From the NCBI RefSeq assembly GCF_018350175.1, contig NC_058373.1:111726001-111790000 (forward strand): DNA of 64,000 bases. The letters run 5' to 3'. The DNA comes from Felis catus (taxonomy: Eukaryota). Positions 11,432 to 25,624 of the stretch are shown piece by piece. A program made the position numbers and the translations under genes. The notes below the pieces were generated by a model that was not told where the DNA came from, ran no database searches, and was given only the letters and a program-made list of their open reading frames with translations. Each line of letters begins with the position of its first letter. Positions within the stretch are counted from its first letter, which is position 1.

Positions 11432-12759
11432 CATAGAGAAGGTATCAGTAACACAGGATGTCTTGCTCTGCTGGCTCCCTATGCAGAGAGGACCCACACT
11501 GCTGTCATTTATTAATTTAAAGGGCTAAGTCTCAGTGGAGGGTGTGAGAGACAGTTACTCTCAACTCCACTCAGCACAGCAAACCCTGGGGGCCACTCTG
11601 TGCCTGGTAGGCATTGAAAGATTCTTGATGACTGATCCTCATGTGAAGGGGCAGGGGAAGGACATGAAATACGAACGCCAGCACATCTCCCCTGCAGCAC
11701 AAGGAACAGTGGGAATGAACAATTCATTGGAGATGTCCTTTTCCATGAACTTCAAAACCTGGGAGATGACTGGATCAATAGACTGTCATTTTGAAAGCAA
11801 CCAAAGGACAGGTATATGGCGATAATCGGCGGGGTGTATGGGATTGTCAGATACAAATCATATAACACTGAAACAATTTCTTTCCATCACAAGGTAGCTG
11901 CCTTTGGCTTGGGGCCACCCAAAAGCAGATTTAGAGGAATATCGAGGCTCAATGAAGAAATAACTCTTCACTTTGGCTTTCTCTGCATCCCAACTCGGGG
12001 AGGCAGCATATGCACGAGTTCTTCTACAGTAGGGGGTGGGTGGGGACCAAGAGGGATAAGAAGCTGCATCCCTGTTGGAATTGCTAATCTTGAGACGACA
12101 GCTGACTTCACTTCCTTTCCACCAACGGTGAAATTCTTCCACTGAGGCAAGGTTGTCCTGGGGCCGCAAAGCTGTAGAGGAAGAATGTTCATTGATTGAG
12201 TTCATGCATTTTACAAGGAGAGAGATGCCCTGGATTGCTCTGAATCTGTTTTATGCTGTAACTGTTTCTTATAGCAAAGTATTTTATTTTTAAGCCTCAG
12301 CTGCACACAGCCCGGTGGTCCTCGGTTGCCTCAGGCAAGTATTTTGTTTTCCTAACTAGAAACCAAGAAAATGTAGGGCAGATGTGCAATCCTCCTCCTC
12401 GGCAGGCCCCCTCCCCTCAGCCCAGCCCCGATCCAGGGTGAGACCTTGAGGAACTCTCCGGTTCTGGGCTGAAAGCTCTCTCACCCAGCCTCTTGGTACC
12501 AGCTGTAGCTCGGCCTCGGGGTCGCTGCGGGTGCGTGCCGGGGCTGACTGTTTAATCTCGCGCTGTCTGTCTGATATATGAGCAGGAGGATCTGTCATAC
12601 GGGGTTTATCTTGCCTCACCAATAAATGCAATAAAGCCTCTGTGTGTCGTGGTTTGTAGCGCTTGAGGCTGATAAAGCATCTACAAGCCCGTAGGATCTG
12701 ATCTGCCCATATGGTACTTACATGCTTATTTATGGTTTATGTGTGAGCCTCGTCACTCA

Positions 12760-13100
12760 TTCCCCCATCCAACATTTATTGAGCACCTACCATGTGCCAG
12801 GCGCTGTGCTAGAAGCTGCTGATCTAAAAATAATTGAAAGACACCCCGCTCTTTTTTTTTTCTTTTCCACGCCCTCAGCTCTTAAAAGCCGTGGAAGGGA
12901 AAACTGACACGCACACACACAGCTGTGGTTCGGCGTGGTGAACCACAAGGCTGACAAGGATGGAGAGATGTCACAGGAGAAAGTAGATAACTTTGGAGGG
13001 TTTCTAGAAGAGGCTTTCTAGAAGAGGAAGGAGAAAGCTTACCTGGGTCTCAAAGAACTCAGTAAGTGCTTCTCAGACGGTGTAGGCTGGAAAGCCCTTA
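12760..13100 (-). mobile_element. L2 fragment
   Basis: 'aacatttattgagcacctaccatgtgccaggcgctgtgctag' is the antisense L2 3' end. Confidence 0.7.
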
Positions 13101-13480
13101 AAGGCTGAACCGCATGGACTGAGAGTTGGGGCCCTTGAGATAAATCAGGGTGTTATCGCTGGAAGGAAGAAACGGGATGCCAGGCAGGCAGAAGAGGTAG
13201 CAGAGTTTCCTCTTGAATTCCCAACATGATGTAAGTACCTTGAGATGGAAACTTGGATCCTAGATTTGTCTTGACCTCCATGGCAAGTGCAAGCCCACAA
13301 TAATCCCGGGCGGTGGGGTCAGCCTGGCTCTCCAGCTGCAGTGTGGGGCCACTCAGAAGGCAGTGGTCAACCCAGACTCGCCTGGGAAGGGGCTGGGGAG
13401 TTGTTCTCGAAGTCCACTCTACTTTTTCCTTCCCTCTGGCTCTCCCTTTCTGCCCCAAGAACAGTCCAGCACTTTGTTCC

Positions 13481-13499
13481 TGTCCACCAGGGGGCGCCC
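13481..13499 (+). promoter_or_regulatory. CTCF-type motif
   Basis: TGTCCACCAGGGGGCGCCC is a near-consensus CTCF core. Confidence 0.75.
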
Positions 13500-15369
13500 T
13501 CACGGTCTCCATGTTTGGCAGCTGTCCCTGGAGGCCCAGCCAGGTCCACTTTCCGATTAGTCCTTGATCCTCATCTGCAGCTCCAGCCAACAAGGCCATA
13601 CAGGGCTGCATGCCGAGTCCCCTTACATAGAGCTAAAACGTCCTCCCATATATGGGAATTGCTGCTACAGGGAGCTTCTGACACATATGGCCATTAATTA
13701 AAGTGACAGGAAGCTATTTAGCCCTTAGCTTGAAATGGTCTCTAACACGTGATTAGGGTATTCACGGTATACAGGGTATTCACACTTCATTGCTCAAGGC
13801 AGACTGGAGGGAAAGGAGGCTGGAATGGAAGCAGAGGCAACCCCTGAGCAGGGAAGCCTCTGGGAGCAGGGCCGAGGTCAGATCCAATGTCACAGATGAC
13901 CCAGTTTCTTTGGTACTATTTCCGCTGGCTCCTCGGCCAAGGCAGAGTGCCTGCAGCTGGGGAGAAAGAGCACCAGAACAGGGATTGGCAAACTGGAAGC
14001 CTGGGCTCAGCTCTGCTTTGAATTGTCTGAGTCACTTTGGGACAAGTCGCTCTCTGTGTCCGTTTCCTTACCTGTGAAGTGGAGGCTTGCCCACCCAGGA
14101 GGAGTGCTGTGAGGGTCACAGGATATTAGATGCTCTGAACTTCATCTGTTTCCTCATCTGTAAATGAGAGCATTTGGCTCTGTCTCTGGGTTCTTTCCAG
14201 CCCCAAAATCCAATAGCTGCTTTGAAAAAAATGAAACATTTGATGCAAATACTTGGTATCATTATTGTTAATGTTATTACTCCAAATGGTACATGAAAGA
14301 TCTCGCTGAAGTGCTAAATAGCCTGCTATTCTCCTTTGGCCAGTGCTTAGCCTGAGGGTACAGGGTCGCTCGGAACTTTTGACTGATGAGGTGCTTCTCT
14401 GTGGAACAGTATCACGACAGCCTGCTTGCAGAAGAGACTTCCATTGCAAAAAAGAGTCATGAAGGAAATTGCCAGCATCTCCCCCTGACAAGTTATTGAA
14501 ACTCATTTAATAGCAAAGAGATATTTTTGGCAAGGAATGGGTATTATAGTAAAAAAAATTAATCTGACTTTGGCTAGATAAAAAAAAAAAAAAAATCAAA
14601 GTGTGGACCTGTGCAGGGTTACAGAGAGACATGGCAAGATCCCTTGCTGTCACACCAGGGAAGCAGGACATCTGAGCATGAAGCACGTAATAATGGTAGG
14701 TTAGATGAGAATATTTGGAAAGCACCCAGGATCCACAGAGCGTTCCTTGGTTAGTTGGTGAATAAATGGCAGAGAGTGGCCTGTGAAGGTGGGAACAGGT
14801 GCTGTGGGAGCCACGTGCATGGTGTTTGGGGTTTAAGAGCATGTCAGGAACGGCCAACATGGCAGCCTCGCTGGGTCCCAGAGAAGCAGAGGTCCAGTGG
14901 CCAAGGGGAGAGGAGGTGGCCTGGGCTTCATTAAAGCCAGGGTAGTCAGTTCCCTCTGGATTGACACCCTCACGCATCTTCTCCTTTCCCAGATTCACTC
15001 TGGGACTTGACAGATTTTGATGTCTCCTACAGGAAGTCTCTCAAGAAAGAGGCCCCTGGTTTAGGAAACTGTGTCAGTTATGGGAAAATCACCTGTTTAT
15101 ACCTTGCAGGCTTTCTCCTGGGGCAGATAGGAAGCAAGAATGGATAGGAAGTACCATGGAAAGAACACTGAACTCAGAGGCCAGCTGACCCCACATTTGG
15201 ATCTCATACAAGTCTCTTAAACTCTCAATTTTCTTATTTGTAAAATGGCGTTAATTCTCACAGTCAGTTGTGAGTCTGAGTCAAAGGGAATATTTGATGT
15301 GGAAGAGATTTGTCAACTCTAAAGTTACTACTGAAAACTGCAAAGTACTGTCTGATGTGGCTGTCCGCT

Positions 15370-15500
15370 TTCTAGTTCTCTGAGCCCCGTTTCCTCATCT
15401 GTAAAACGGAGATAATAATAGCACCTGCCGTGCAAGGTCATCCTGAAGATGAACCGAGGCGATGTGTGCGGAGCGTTTGATTTAGGGCCCGCTCATGGTG
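15370..15500 (-). mobile_element. MIR fragment
   Basis: 'tctctgagccccgtttcctcatctgtaaaacggagataataatagcacct'. Confidence 0.8.
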
Positions 15501-17039
15501 CATGTGGAATCCACATCCGTTCCTCTTCTTTTAGTGGTTCAAAGCTCGGTCATGAGGAAAGTTTGAAGCTGGCGAAAGACTCCATTATAAACACCCTAGT
15601 GACTGTCACCTCTGGAGAGAATCTAAGGATTAAAACAGCCATAGGTCACCTGTCCAGTCCAGCAATTCACAAGCAGATAGATGTCTTTAAAGAGACAGCT
15701 CTTCAGCAAATTGTAGTTCAGATGGCAGCCAACCTTGATCTTTCCCCCCTCCTTCCTGGGCCTCTGATGGGCAAACAAGGAGCGGAAGACAGCAGAGAGG
15801 ACGCTCGGGGACTTGCGTCCCATAAGCCATTTTGCCCACCTGTGCAAACCAAGGTGGCCCCTCTACGGCAGATCTGCGTCACTGAGGGCTGGAGGTGATG
15901 CCAAGTATTCCTGCCAGCCTAAAGCTCCATGGTGACCAGGGTAATTGAGTGCTACGAGTTCTGTGCCAAGCAGGCCATAAATCCTGGTTTGTTAGATCAG
16001 CCTCAGCACTAAGTGGTGCTTTGCACTGGCTCAGGAAACCTCAAATTATCCAGCATTGAAGCTTGATTTGTCTCTCTTGGACACTTGCTTAGAGTCTTTG
16101 AGGCTTTCTCTGCCTTTTGATGGATATTCCTGGTCCCATTTCCTTCTCCATCACTCAACCGTGTGGGCTGCACTCAGAGTTCTACCCGTAGGCCTTTCTC
16201 TTCTCTCCTCATGGTCCATGGGCAACGCCACCCACTGTCTTGGCTTTTGCCATGACGTCATGCTGATGCTACTGGAATTTCCGTCTGGATTCCCACTGCT
16301 CTCCTGAGCCATGTGCCCATATCTCCAATTGCCTCACAGACAGGTTCACTTGTATGTCCCATGGGAAACTTGTCCCAACATCCCAGGCCTAGCTCATTGC
16401 TTCTCCTACATTTTGGTCTACATTTCAGAGCCAGATGATATGCTCCCTGCGGCAGCACTTCATCCGAGTCTGACTCAGATGAATGGAGCTCCATGTGTGG
16501 GCATGACACATATTCCATTCCGATGGAAAGTAAACTGGAGGATGGAATGCAAAATCCATATTAAAAATTAAGGCAGAACTGAAGACTTTAAACAAAATAG
16601 GTCTGCAGGAGTTGCCTCAGAATGTGCTCCCAGTTCTCTATGGGGAACAAATCTGCTCTTACTATAAAGGACTTGAGTTGCTTTGAGTTAGAGAATAACT
16701 ATGCTGTCATCTGGAGGCAAGAGGACAAAGCAATCAGCAGGCCTTGGTGGTAACTGACCGAGTGTGTTAGCAGGAGCTGGGCAGCAGAGGGGCCCCAGAA
16801 AAAGGAGTGTGTTCCTGTGTGCTAACCAGGGAAGGGGCAATTGTGCCAGTAGACGTCCGGACCTATTGGCAGAGGCGTGGGTAATGTGAAGACTGAGTAC
16901 GTACTGAGCCAATTGTGAGTGTTCTAACACCATTTACAAGAGCATGTTATATTAAGTTGTAGGCTACGGGGGAAATGTTTTATTTTGCCTTCTGCTACTT
17001 GCTCATCTCATTTTCATTAATAGCCCTCATTAATGTTTG

Positions 17040-17435
17040 AGATTCACCGTCCCTCATTCTAAGGCCACGTATTTTAAGCATGGTCCTACCCCCAGCTTAG
17101 GGGTACAGGATGAGCCTAGACTAATCAGCATACTTCACTCCACCTGATAATGGTGTGAATCTTAGGACTTTCGCAGGTCTACTTGAGTTGTGAACGTGAG
17201 GCTGGAGCCACTGGAGACACCTGAGAAACTTTGCTGAGAATGACATCCACCAAGTGGAAGCAGAGACAGGAGATGGAAAGAGAGAAACTGAATCCCTTCA
17301 GGCTCTTGCATTGAGTCACGCCTGGGGTCAGCTCTACTTATGGCTTTCTCAGTTGTATGAACCAATAGATCCCCTTTTGGCTCAAGCCATTTGGATTGGG
17401 TTTTCTTGCCATTTGCAACCATGAGAATTCTAACG
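17040..17435 (+). mobile_element. MaLR LTR (MLT1) fragment
   Basis: Ends 'gaaccaatagatcccctttt.gctcaagccatttggattgggttttcttgccatttgcaaccatgagaattctaac', typical of an MLT1 3' end. Confidence 0.65.
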
Positions 17436-18285
17436 GCTGCATGCACATCATGCCGTGTAAGCCTGATAGCAATTATATACTTGTTTCTTCTCACTTTTTC
17501 TTGACTTCATTTCATTATTGTATTCATTATTATTATTCATTTCAATATATTATTATTATTTTTGGTTATTGTTGTGGCTTCCAAGTGGCTCTTGCCGGGG
17601 GGGGGGGGGGGGAATAAATGTACTGATTACATATGCGCATAGACTTTTCCCATCCAAATAACAGTTTTTTGGGTTGTTTTTTTTTTTACTTATAAGGAAG
17701 TAAATGGGTTTTCTGATTTTGTTATTTGGTCACTGTAATCCCAGTTCCTTAGATAAGGTGCAAATTGGGTTTCTGTCTTCAAAAGATTGAGGGTCAGGTT
17801 CCAGGTTGTGGAAAATTGACCAGGATAGTAAATGGAGCCTTTCGGCCTTTTCCCTCGAAGGACAACCTGATACCCATGGGTAGAGTATCAAAAGCCTTTT
17901 ACCTCCTGGTCCTTCAAGAACCAAGTGAAATGTTTCCTCCTCCTCTTTCCCCATTCATTCAATGATTATTTACCAAGAATTGGGTGTGCAGAGTGGAGAA
18001 AACTGACAATAGCCCCTGCTTTTATTTTTATTTTATTTTTTATCCTAAGAGCCGATGTGTCAACTTTGTTTATGCTGTAATGGACACTTACAGGTAAAAG
18101 TGTCCCTTCTATTGGACTATAGCTGCTTTAGGGTAGGTTGTTTTTATTTCTTCCTCTTTGTTTTCCCAGGACTGTTTAAGAGACACTCCTGCAGGGAGAA
18201 GATTGTGTGACAAAATGAAAAGCACCCTATGACAGAGCCTGAACAACTCTCCTGTAGGAATGCCTTTGAAAGTGCTAAGCAAGAA

Positions 18286-18483
18286 GGGGCGCCTGGGTGG
18301 CTCAGTTAGTTAAGCATCTGACTTCGGCTCAGGTCGTGATCTCATGGTCCGTGAGTTCGAGCTCAGCATCAGGCTCTGTGCTGACAGCTCAGAGCCTGGA
18401 GCCTGCTTCAGATTCTGTGTTTCCTGCTCTCTCTCCTGATCACGCTTTGCCTTTCTCATTCTCTCAAAAAAAAATTTTTTTTT
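18286..18483 (+). mobile_element. Can-SINE with TSD
   Basis: Canonical head; TSD aaagtgctaagcaag at 18269-18283 and 18484-18498. Confidence 0.97.
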
Positions 18484-21400
18484 AAAGTGCTAAGCAAGGA
18501 AAGTGGTGGTTTCCTTACTAGCTAGAGACACAGGCATGCAGTGCAGTTGTGGAGGTAAAGCTCAGAACCAGTGTTGGGTGGAGTGGACTTGGGGGGTTTT
18601 TGGAGGTCAAGGGCGATTAGGGCTCTGGAGTAGGTGCACTGGCCATAGTATCAGGAGCATCTGTGTTCTTGAACAGTGGTAGCTGACCCTCAGTAGCATG
18701 AAGCAGAGCAGAAACTAGCCTTCTGGAGGCAATTGGTGGTGGTGACGGCCACGAAGGACATCCAGGTCAGCAGCTCGGTAGAGTGAGGTACGCCACGAGT
18801 GTGCCACTAACTAAGGCCAGCAGGGTGACAGCAAACAGTGGTGTGCAGAAGTGGACAGATGCTGGAACAGGAAAGAGACTCCAATTATAAATGAAAATAT
18901 ATCATCGAAAGGCTCTCCATCCTTTTGGAGATTCTCAAGGAGATATGCAAGAAGGCAGAGGACTGAGATCAAGCAACTTGGTGGGTGAAATTGATCTAGA
19001 GGTCATACGGCAGGCTATTAAAGTGACCTTGCCTAGGGTAGGGCCCGGGGGATATTTTGGTTTACAAGCGTTGTCTCTCTAGGAGAGTTCTGTTGATAAC
19101 TATCAATGTCCTCTGTTCTCTCGGGGTATTAGTAGTGCTGAGACCCTTCTGGGTCTAAACCTCTTCTTCATCTGTCTTCTCTTTCTCTGTTGTTTGTTGA
19201 TGTCCCATACTGACCCATGTCCCTTACTGGCCCCGCTGGTCAACACTATATTGGTTGCTCCCCTGCATCAAAGCTTGTAAAAGTATTGTTGTGTGCTCCC
19301 CGTGTCTGTCCACAACTGTTGGTAAAGATTAGGCTTTAATATACACAGACTTCTGTCTCAGTTGTATAGCCTTAATCAATTTGGCTCTCTTTATTTCTTT
19401 TTTATGAGATCTATTGTCTTCTGATTAGAAAAGAAATACATGCCCACTGTAGAACTCAATTGATTTTCTAGGGCTTTTATTTTAAATTTGCATTCCCTGT
19501 GAATGCCCATCTGGGCAATTTGGGAGATGCTGGAGGGGCAGCTCTCCTTGAATGCAAATGTACCCTGTGCAGCCTTTGATGGTGAAGGGGTGTCTGGGAA
19601 GCAAGTATTCACAGCCGAGTGCTGCCTGGACAACCTTTCTCGTTGTGCAAACATCCTTCCTCTATAGTTGCTTTTTTGTCCCCCCTCTTTCGAACATGAT
19701 CGAGCAACGACAGCTGGACTTAAGAGGCATTAAATTCCGCCGGTCTTGCAGCGGGTTTGTGGCTTCTTATTTCATGCTCCTCACTTGGACAAGTCACCAG
19801 CAAGTTGAAGCGCTCCCTCGTTTGTGCAAAATTTTGTGGTTTGTCTGTTCGTGTGCTGATTTTCTTGGGTACACACATTGGCTTCTGAGTATGCAAGGAT
19901 ATTACAGTTACACTCTTTGGTCAAAGTAAGAAAGATTAGGTAGTTAACGAAGCCTCGTTACTATTGCACGGAACACATTTTCTTGTACCTTTTCCCTCCT
20001 CTGAACTCACGGAATGCTGTGGGTCATATGCATGACAATCACCTGTTTTCGTAAATGCCAGGGAGAAAAGAATGACACGGAGCGTCCAGTTTGTGTCACT
20101 CACATATCTTCCGTGACTCATAATCCTCACCATGACTCGGAGGACGTATTGTCCCTGCTTTACAGATGTCCCTGGTAGATGCATGAAGACATTGGGACTC
20201 AGAGAGGTTAAGTACCCGCTCAAGAATGTTGAGTTTGGTCACCAGATTTGCCGTGACCTTGGATAAGTTCTTAAATACTATTTCAGAGCTGGGGCCAGAA
20301 AAATTGCAACTCGAGGAGAACAAATTAAATTGTTTAATTGTTAAACTGCGAAGACCAAAGGTGTTGATTTTCTGTCCAGATTATTTTTTTCGGCTCTTTC
20401 TCAACGCTATTTTCTCCTCTTAAACAACCCAACCAGCCAGTTGTCCAGGGATTGATATATGGCTGGGAGCAGACTTGTGTGAGCGTGGGCAGGAGAGCCC
20501 AAGGAAAACCTACTGGCTTGGCTGATGGGGGTGACAGCTTGGTAATGGACCTCTGAGAGTGTATATATGAATTAAGCACCTTTCATTTCCTTTGCTGCAA
20601 AAACATCAATTAAGCTTGAATAATCCCTGGGTTTTCCCCATTTTTAGGCAGAAGAAAATCAGCACAAATTGGCTGGAGTGTTTTTTCCTCTAGGCTTTGA
20701 TCATTAATCGTTTTCAGCTCCTTTCTGCCTTCCCTCCACCCCACCAAAAATACACCCACACGCTGCCATTTCTGGCACCCCCTGTGAACATTTATTTACC
20801 AGACGATTTGTTCAGTCTTGAGTATAATGAAGATATGCATTCAGTGTTCTGAAGGCTGATTCCATGGAGAGGGTGCCAGTCTATTCGCCGAAGGTTGGTG
20901 AAGGTTTGTTCAGAGCCCTTTTGGCAGGTTGGCCAAGTTGATTGGCTTTGACATCACAGTCTGGTCCCTGGCTGGTGCTGGCCTGCACTTGAGCCAAACA
21001 GATGTGTCTCTGCAGGCCTCTCCATCTGACACCGGCTGGAGAAAGCCTCATTTGTCTTTGAAAGGCCTCTCTCAACCCATCCTTTTTTTTCGAAATGATG
21101 CTGGAAAATGCTGTGCTGCAAGAATCGATACCGGCACATGTCTTTCCCTCATCTCAGAGCCCGGGATTGCAGTGGTTTGGGTGACTCTGGTCCCACGTGA
21201 CAGCATCCCGGCTACCTGGGATGAGCAGACCTCCAGAGGTCACCTAGCTCCCGCTTTGCTCCCAGACAGGGGTACACCCACACCTTCTAACAAAACGCCT
21301 GTCCTTTTCGTAAGGACAAACTTCTTAACAGTTTGTTAAGAGCCAGATTAGTGGCCTTTTACACACGTACTTTCCTTTTAGTCCTTCCCACAGCTCTGTG

Positions 21401-21601
21401 GGTAACGTCAGAGGGAACCTGTGAAACCACTGCCATGCAACTGCTTTGTCGACTCAATTCAGTGCCTAATACCTGTTATTAGCCCCATTTTTCCAGAAGA
21501 AGAAAATGAGGCTCAGAGAGGCTTACTTTTAATTTTTTTTTAAATAATCATAAAAGTCAGGGTTTCTACTCAGAGTTGAGGGGCTACACACGACACTTTT
21601 T

Positions 21602-21796
21602 AATTTTTTTAATTTTTTTTTTTTTTTGAGAGAGAGTGAGCGCGCATGGTGGAGGGGCAGAGAGATGGAGACAGAATCTGAAGCCAGCTCCAACGTGTCA
21701 GCACAGAGCCCGATGGGGGGCTTGAACCCACAAACCGTGAGATCATGACCTGAGCTGAAGTCACATGCTCAACTGACTGAGCCACCCAGGAGCCCC
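21602..21796 (-). mobile_element. Can-SINE
   Basis: Poly-T then 'gagatcatgacctgagctgaagtc...ctgagccacccaggagcccc'. Confidence 0.93.
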
Positions 21797-21829
21797 TTTT
21801 TCTCTAGAATGTTGACAAACCCCATTTTT

Positions 21830-22667
21830 AACGATTTTATGCAAGTTGTGAAACGCTTTAGTCACATTCAGAAGCACGTCCACGTAAACCTCATATTTCA
21901 TATGTATTTGGAAGAGAGCTAGAACAGTACTGTTATTTTAAATAATAAACATATTATTATGTTGTTCTGTTTTTTAACTATGGTGTTTAAATACTGGTGG
22001 AACTATTTTGTATTATTTTCACTTTTTGGTTGTGAAAAAAATACTCAGTTTTCTTCTCTATCTGCCCAGAGAGGTACTCCGAGGAGACGATGGCATACGG
22101 CAGGCACTCCCATGTATGACTTACACTTTTGTCCTGTGTAAACACACCCACGAACATGTGATCGCAGTATTTTGCATTTTTAAAGTTTTCTTTGATTGAT
22201 ATCAGACTGTAATTTGCCGTTCTTTTTTCCCCTTGTGACTTTTTTTTTTTACTCAATTTTTGTGTGTTAGGTATCTATTATGTTGCTAAAAGTAATTATA
22301 GTTCATTTGTTATAATTGCGAAATAGTACTTTATTATTTGCTAAGCCATAGTTTATTTATCCATTTTCAAGTTCATGTGCATTCTGGTTATTTTCAATTT
22401 TCCAACGTGACAAACGGTGCTGCAGGGAACATTCTTACAGATATCTCTTTGTGTATACATTTGAAAATTTCTCTAAGAGTGAATGTTTGGGTCACAGAGC
22501 CCAAACATCTTTGATTTCATTGGTTATTTCTGAATGGTGCACCAAAGTGCTTGCATCAAATCCACACTTCTGTTGGCCACGTATGAGAATTTTCTTTCCT
22601 CCACATGCACGTCAATGCACGGTACCGTAAGATGTTTGTGTCGTGCTGATATGAATCTCACTGTTAT
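21830..22667 (-). mobile_element. Old L1M LINE 3' fragment
   Basis: Antisense L1 3' hallmarks 'tttatttatccatt...acaaacggtgctgcagggaacattctt...ttcctccacatgcacgtcaa...atctcactgtt'. Confidence 0.65.
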
Positions 22668-22701
22668 CCCCGCCCCCCTTCTCTTTAATAAGTTCAGAAG
22701 A

Positions 22702-22810
22702 AGGGGTGCCACACCTGCTAAGATGATCTGTCTTTGGGCTGATTGGTTCTCCCAGGAGAAGGAGGAGTACTGGGCATGGGTTGCGTCGAACCAACCCTGT
22801 GATCTTTTGC
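22702..22810 (+). repeat. 109-bp dispersed inverted repeat, copy 1
   Basis: Reverse complement matches 31122-31230 at 106/109 positions with no gaps. Confidence 0.97.
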
Positions 22811-24948
22811 TCTGTACTTGAGAAGCATAACACCCAGCACTACCGATCGCCCTTCGCATGCTTGAAGATTTCTCCATATTATGAGTCCTGCTTTCCTAGG
22901 TGGAAACCATATACTCACTCAGTGGCATCCCAAGGAACCAGATTTTAGAGCTTACAATATGTCAGTTGTACGTACCCACACAAGACACATCTGGAGCGTG
23001 TGGACGGAGGTGTTGTGTGGAATCTAGTCTGGCAAAAGGGACAGGTTGCTTTTGGAGGCCACGGTGATGGAGTTCCTGGTGGTTGCATCCGCAGGTAAGC
23101 TGCTGACAGAGGGTTTTCACCGGAGCGGTCTAGAGGTGCAATAGTGGACTCCTCCAGAATGCTGGCTCACTTCTCTGGCCCTCTTACATAGTCTCTGAGG
23201 TATGTTGTATTAAATTCCTTTGCTGCTTAAACTTGCTGTTGCTTGTGACCGAGAACCCCATCAGCACTCACTTTTGAGGCCTTGCTGTTGGCTGGGCTTC
23301 ACATATTTATCCCTTATCCTCTCAGAAACACTCTGCAAAGCTGGCATTTTTAGCCCTGTTTTAGAAACGAGGAAACACAGACCCAGAAGAATAACTTGCC
23401 CAAGGCAAGTCCGTAAGTGGTGGAGCTGGGGTTCGAGCCCAACACTGGCTGACTGCGGTGCCCATTCGAAGCGGCTCACCCCCTCCCGCGTCCGGTTGCT
23501 TTCTTGCACATCACCCCACTTTTTTCCCTCACAGCACTTATGACAAGCTGGAATGATCTTATTTCTATGTTTACTTATATTCTGCCTCTTCCAACTGACA
23601 TATCAGTTACAGGAAGAGCGGAGACCAGTCCTTGTTTGCCGTGGTAAGTCCAGCCTCCAAATCACACTTCGTATAGGAGGCACTCCTATATATTGTTGGA
23701 TGCGTAAATGAAATGAACCAATCTACCATGGGCTTTTTGGAGGGAGATAATCCTATCCTGCATTTCTGCCAAGCTCAAAATACTATTCAATCTTCTCTTG
23801 CTCGTATTCTTTCATTCAATAGTAACAGATTACAATGCCTCGTGCCTCTTACAACCTGAAGCTGTATCTCCCATTTGCTTTTCCTTTCTTCCTACATATT
23901 TTAAATCCTTCCAATGTCCATTCGAATGTGCGGCAATACCTGTCCCCTGGGCCTGTCTCCCCATAGTCAGGATGGTTCCTGGGTCGCTGGGACCCAATGG
24001 AAACCTCATGGGAGAGCTGGAGAGAATATCTCCGGAGATTTGCCGCAGTTGATAGATGCCCTTGCCCTTCGCTCATTGTGTCTCTTCCAAAGCTGCTGAA
24101 GCTCAGACCTTGTGGTTAATAGAGCCAGGATATTTTTGGCTTTTCACCTGTGAGAGACCCAAGGCCAAATGGCCTCAGTGAATCTGTCACACATTTGGCA
24201 GGTGTCTTCCTGCGAATGGCCATTCTGTCTCTAATCCCTTCATTTCAGCACAATTCTCTCCTCTTGTTACCCCCGTTTCCTGTAAATTCTCCATCTCATG
24301 CTCTTTGGGTTAATGTTTCATGACCACTGGGTTATGAGTAAGTTTGAGCAAACGTACTGCTTTGTGTCCAGGCCTTCCTCCAACCCACTCCTTGAAGGTG
24401 GTCGTTTCGAGCTATCTCTCCTCTCTCTTCTGCCAGCCCTTGTTCGCTGTTAAGGTCCAGAAGAGAAAGCTAAGACTGTTTACTGGCTCCCGGAATAAGT
24501 AGGATTGTAAGACCCAGCTCTGGTTCTCTCCTCTTAGATCCATTCACATAGTTAAATCCTGATATTAGAACAAATTTAATGGGTAGAGAGAGCCTTGGGG
24601 AAAAGGAACTAGGAAAGGCAAAGAGATACTAACTAGCCCTGCTGATGTTTTAGTTTCCCCAAACTGTTATCTGGTACACCGCCTGAGATGAAGGAAGAGT
24701 GTGTGCTTTTGGAGTACCTAGGCCTATGTGAATCCCGTTATTCCACGTACTGGCTATGTGACCTTGGGCAAGTTACGAAGCATAAACCTCTCTGAGACTC
24801 GATTTTCAAGTTTGTAAACAACTCTTGAGGAGTTGTGCAGTTTAGAGATAATGTATGTGAATCACTCAAAGACCAGACACGGCTCTTAACAAAACCGGAT
24901 CAGGGCCTGAGGGAGCAGTGTCCATTCCTGGCTCACTGGCCTGCCTGA

Positions 24949-24982
<34 letters not shown>

Positions 24983-25232
24983 ACGTACATACAACACATA
25001 CATACACAAGGCATATACATACACACACAACACGTACACATATACACACTAAACACATGCATAACTACCCCCACATACCCCATATACACACACATATACA
25101 TATACCCTCTCCCCCATATACACCCCACCCACACATACATACATAAACCACACATGCGTGCATATACAGATACACAGACACGCACAACACATATATGCAC
25201 ATACCACACATACACCACACAAAGAGACACAC

Positions 25233-25263
<31 letters not shown>
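24949..25263. repeat. CA-rich low-complexity tract with (CA)n ends
   Basis: Directly visible; pure (CA)n at both ends, degenerate CA/TA in between. Confidence 0.95.
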
Positions 25264-25265
<2 letters not shown>

Positions 25266-25624
25266 GGTTGGTTCCTTGCTTACTCAGGGGGGCTCTCTGG
25301 AAGAGACAAGAACCACAGTGGTAACATCACCTTAAAATCATAAGTACTGTTATCTTCTTCAGAATGTCCCAAATGTATTTTCTGTGATTATGGAGCAACT
25401 TTGGGGATATGTCACAGCTGACGGCCATCTATCTGCCCTTGTCAAGCACCATGAGCTTTGGCAAAGCAGCAACTTACTTAGATTCACATTGGATTACAGT
25501 TTAGGGCCCCAGTTTCCAACCAGGCAATGTGAACAACATACACCATCAATTTTCAGTATATTGTGTGTTACACACTATGATGTTTAGGGGGTTCCCCCTT
25601 TCCACAGAAGGAATTTAATTTCTT

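Noticed and set aside
11535..12205. Several overlapping ORFs in repeat-poor sequence
   Set aside because: No recognisable domain, ORFs on both strands, no convincing splice structure
24886..25343. Cys/Val-rich and His/Thr-rich ORFs
   Set aside because: Translations of the CA/TG low-complexity tract
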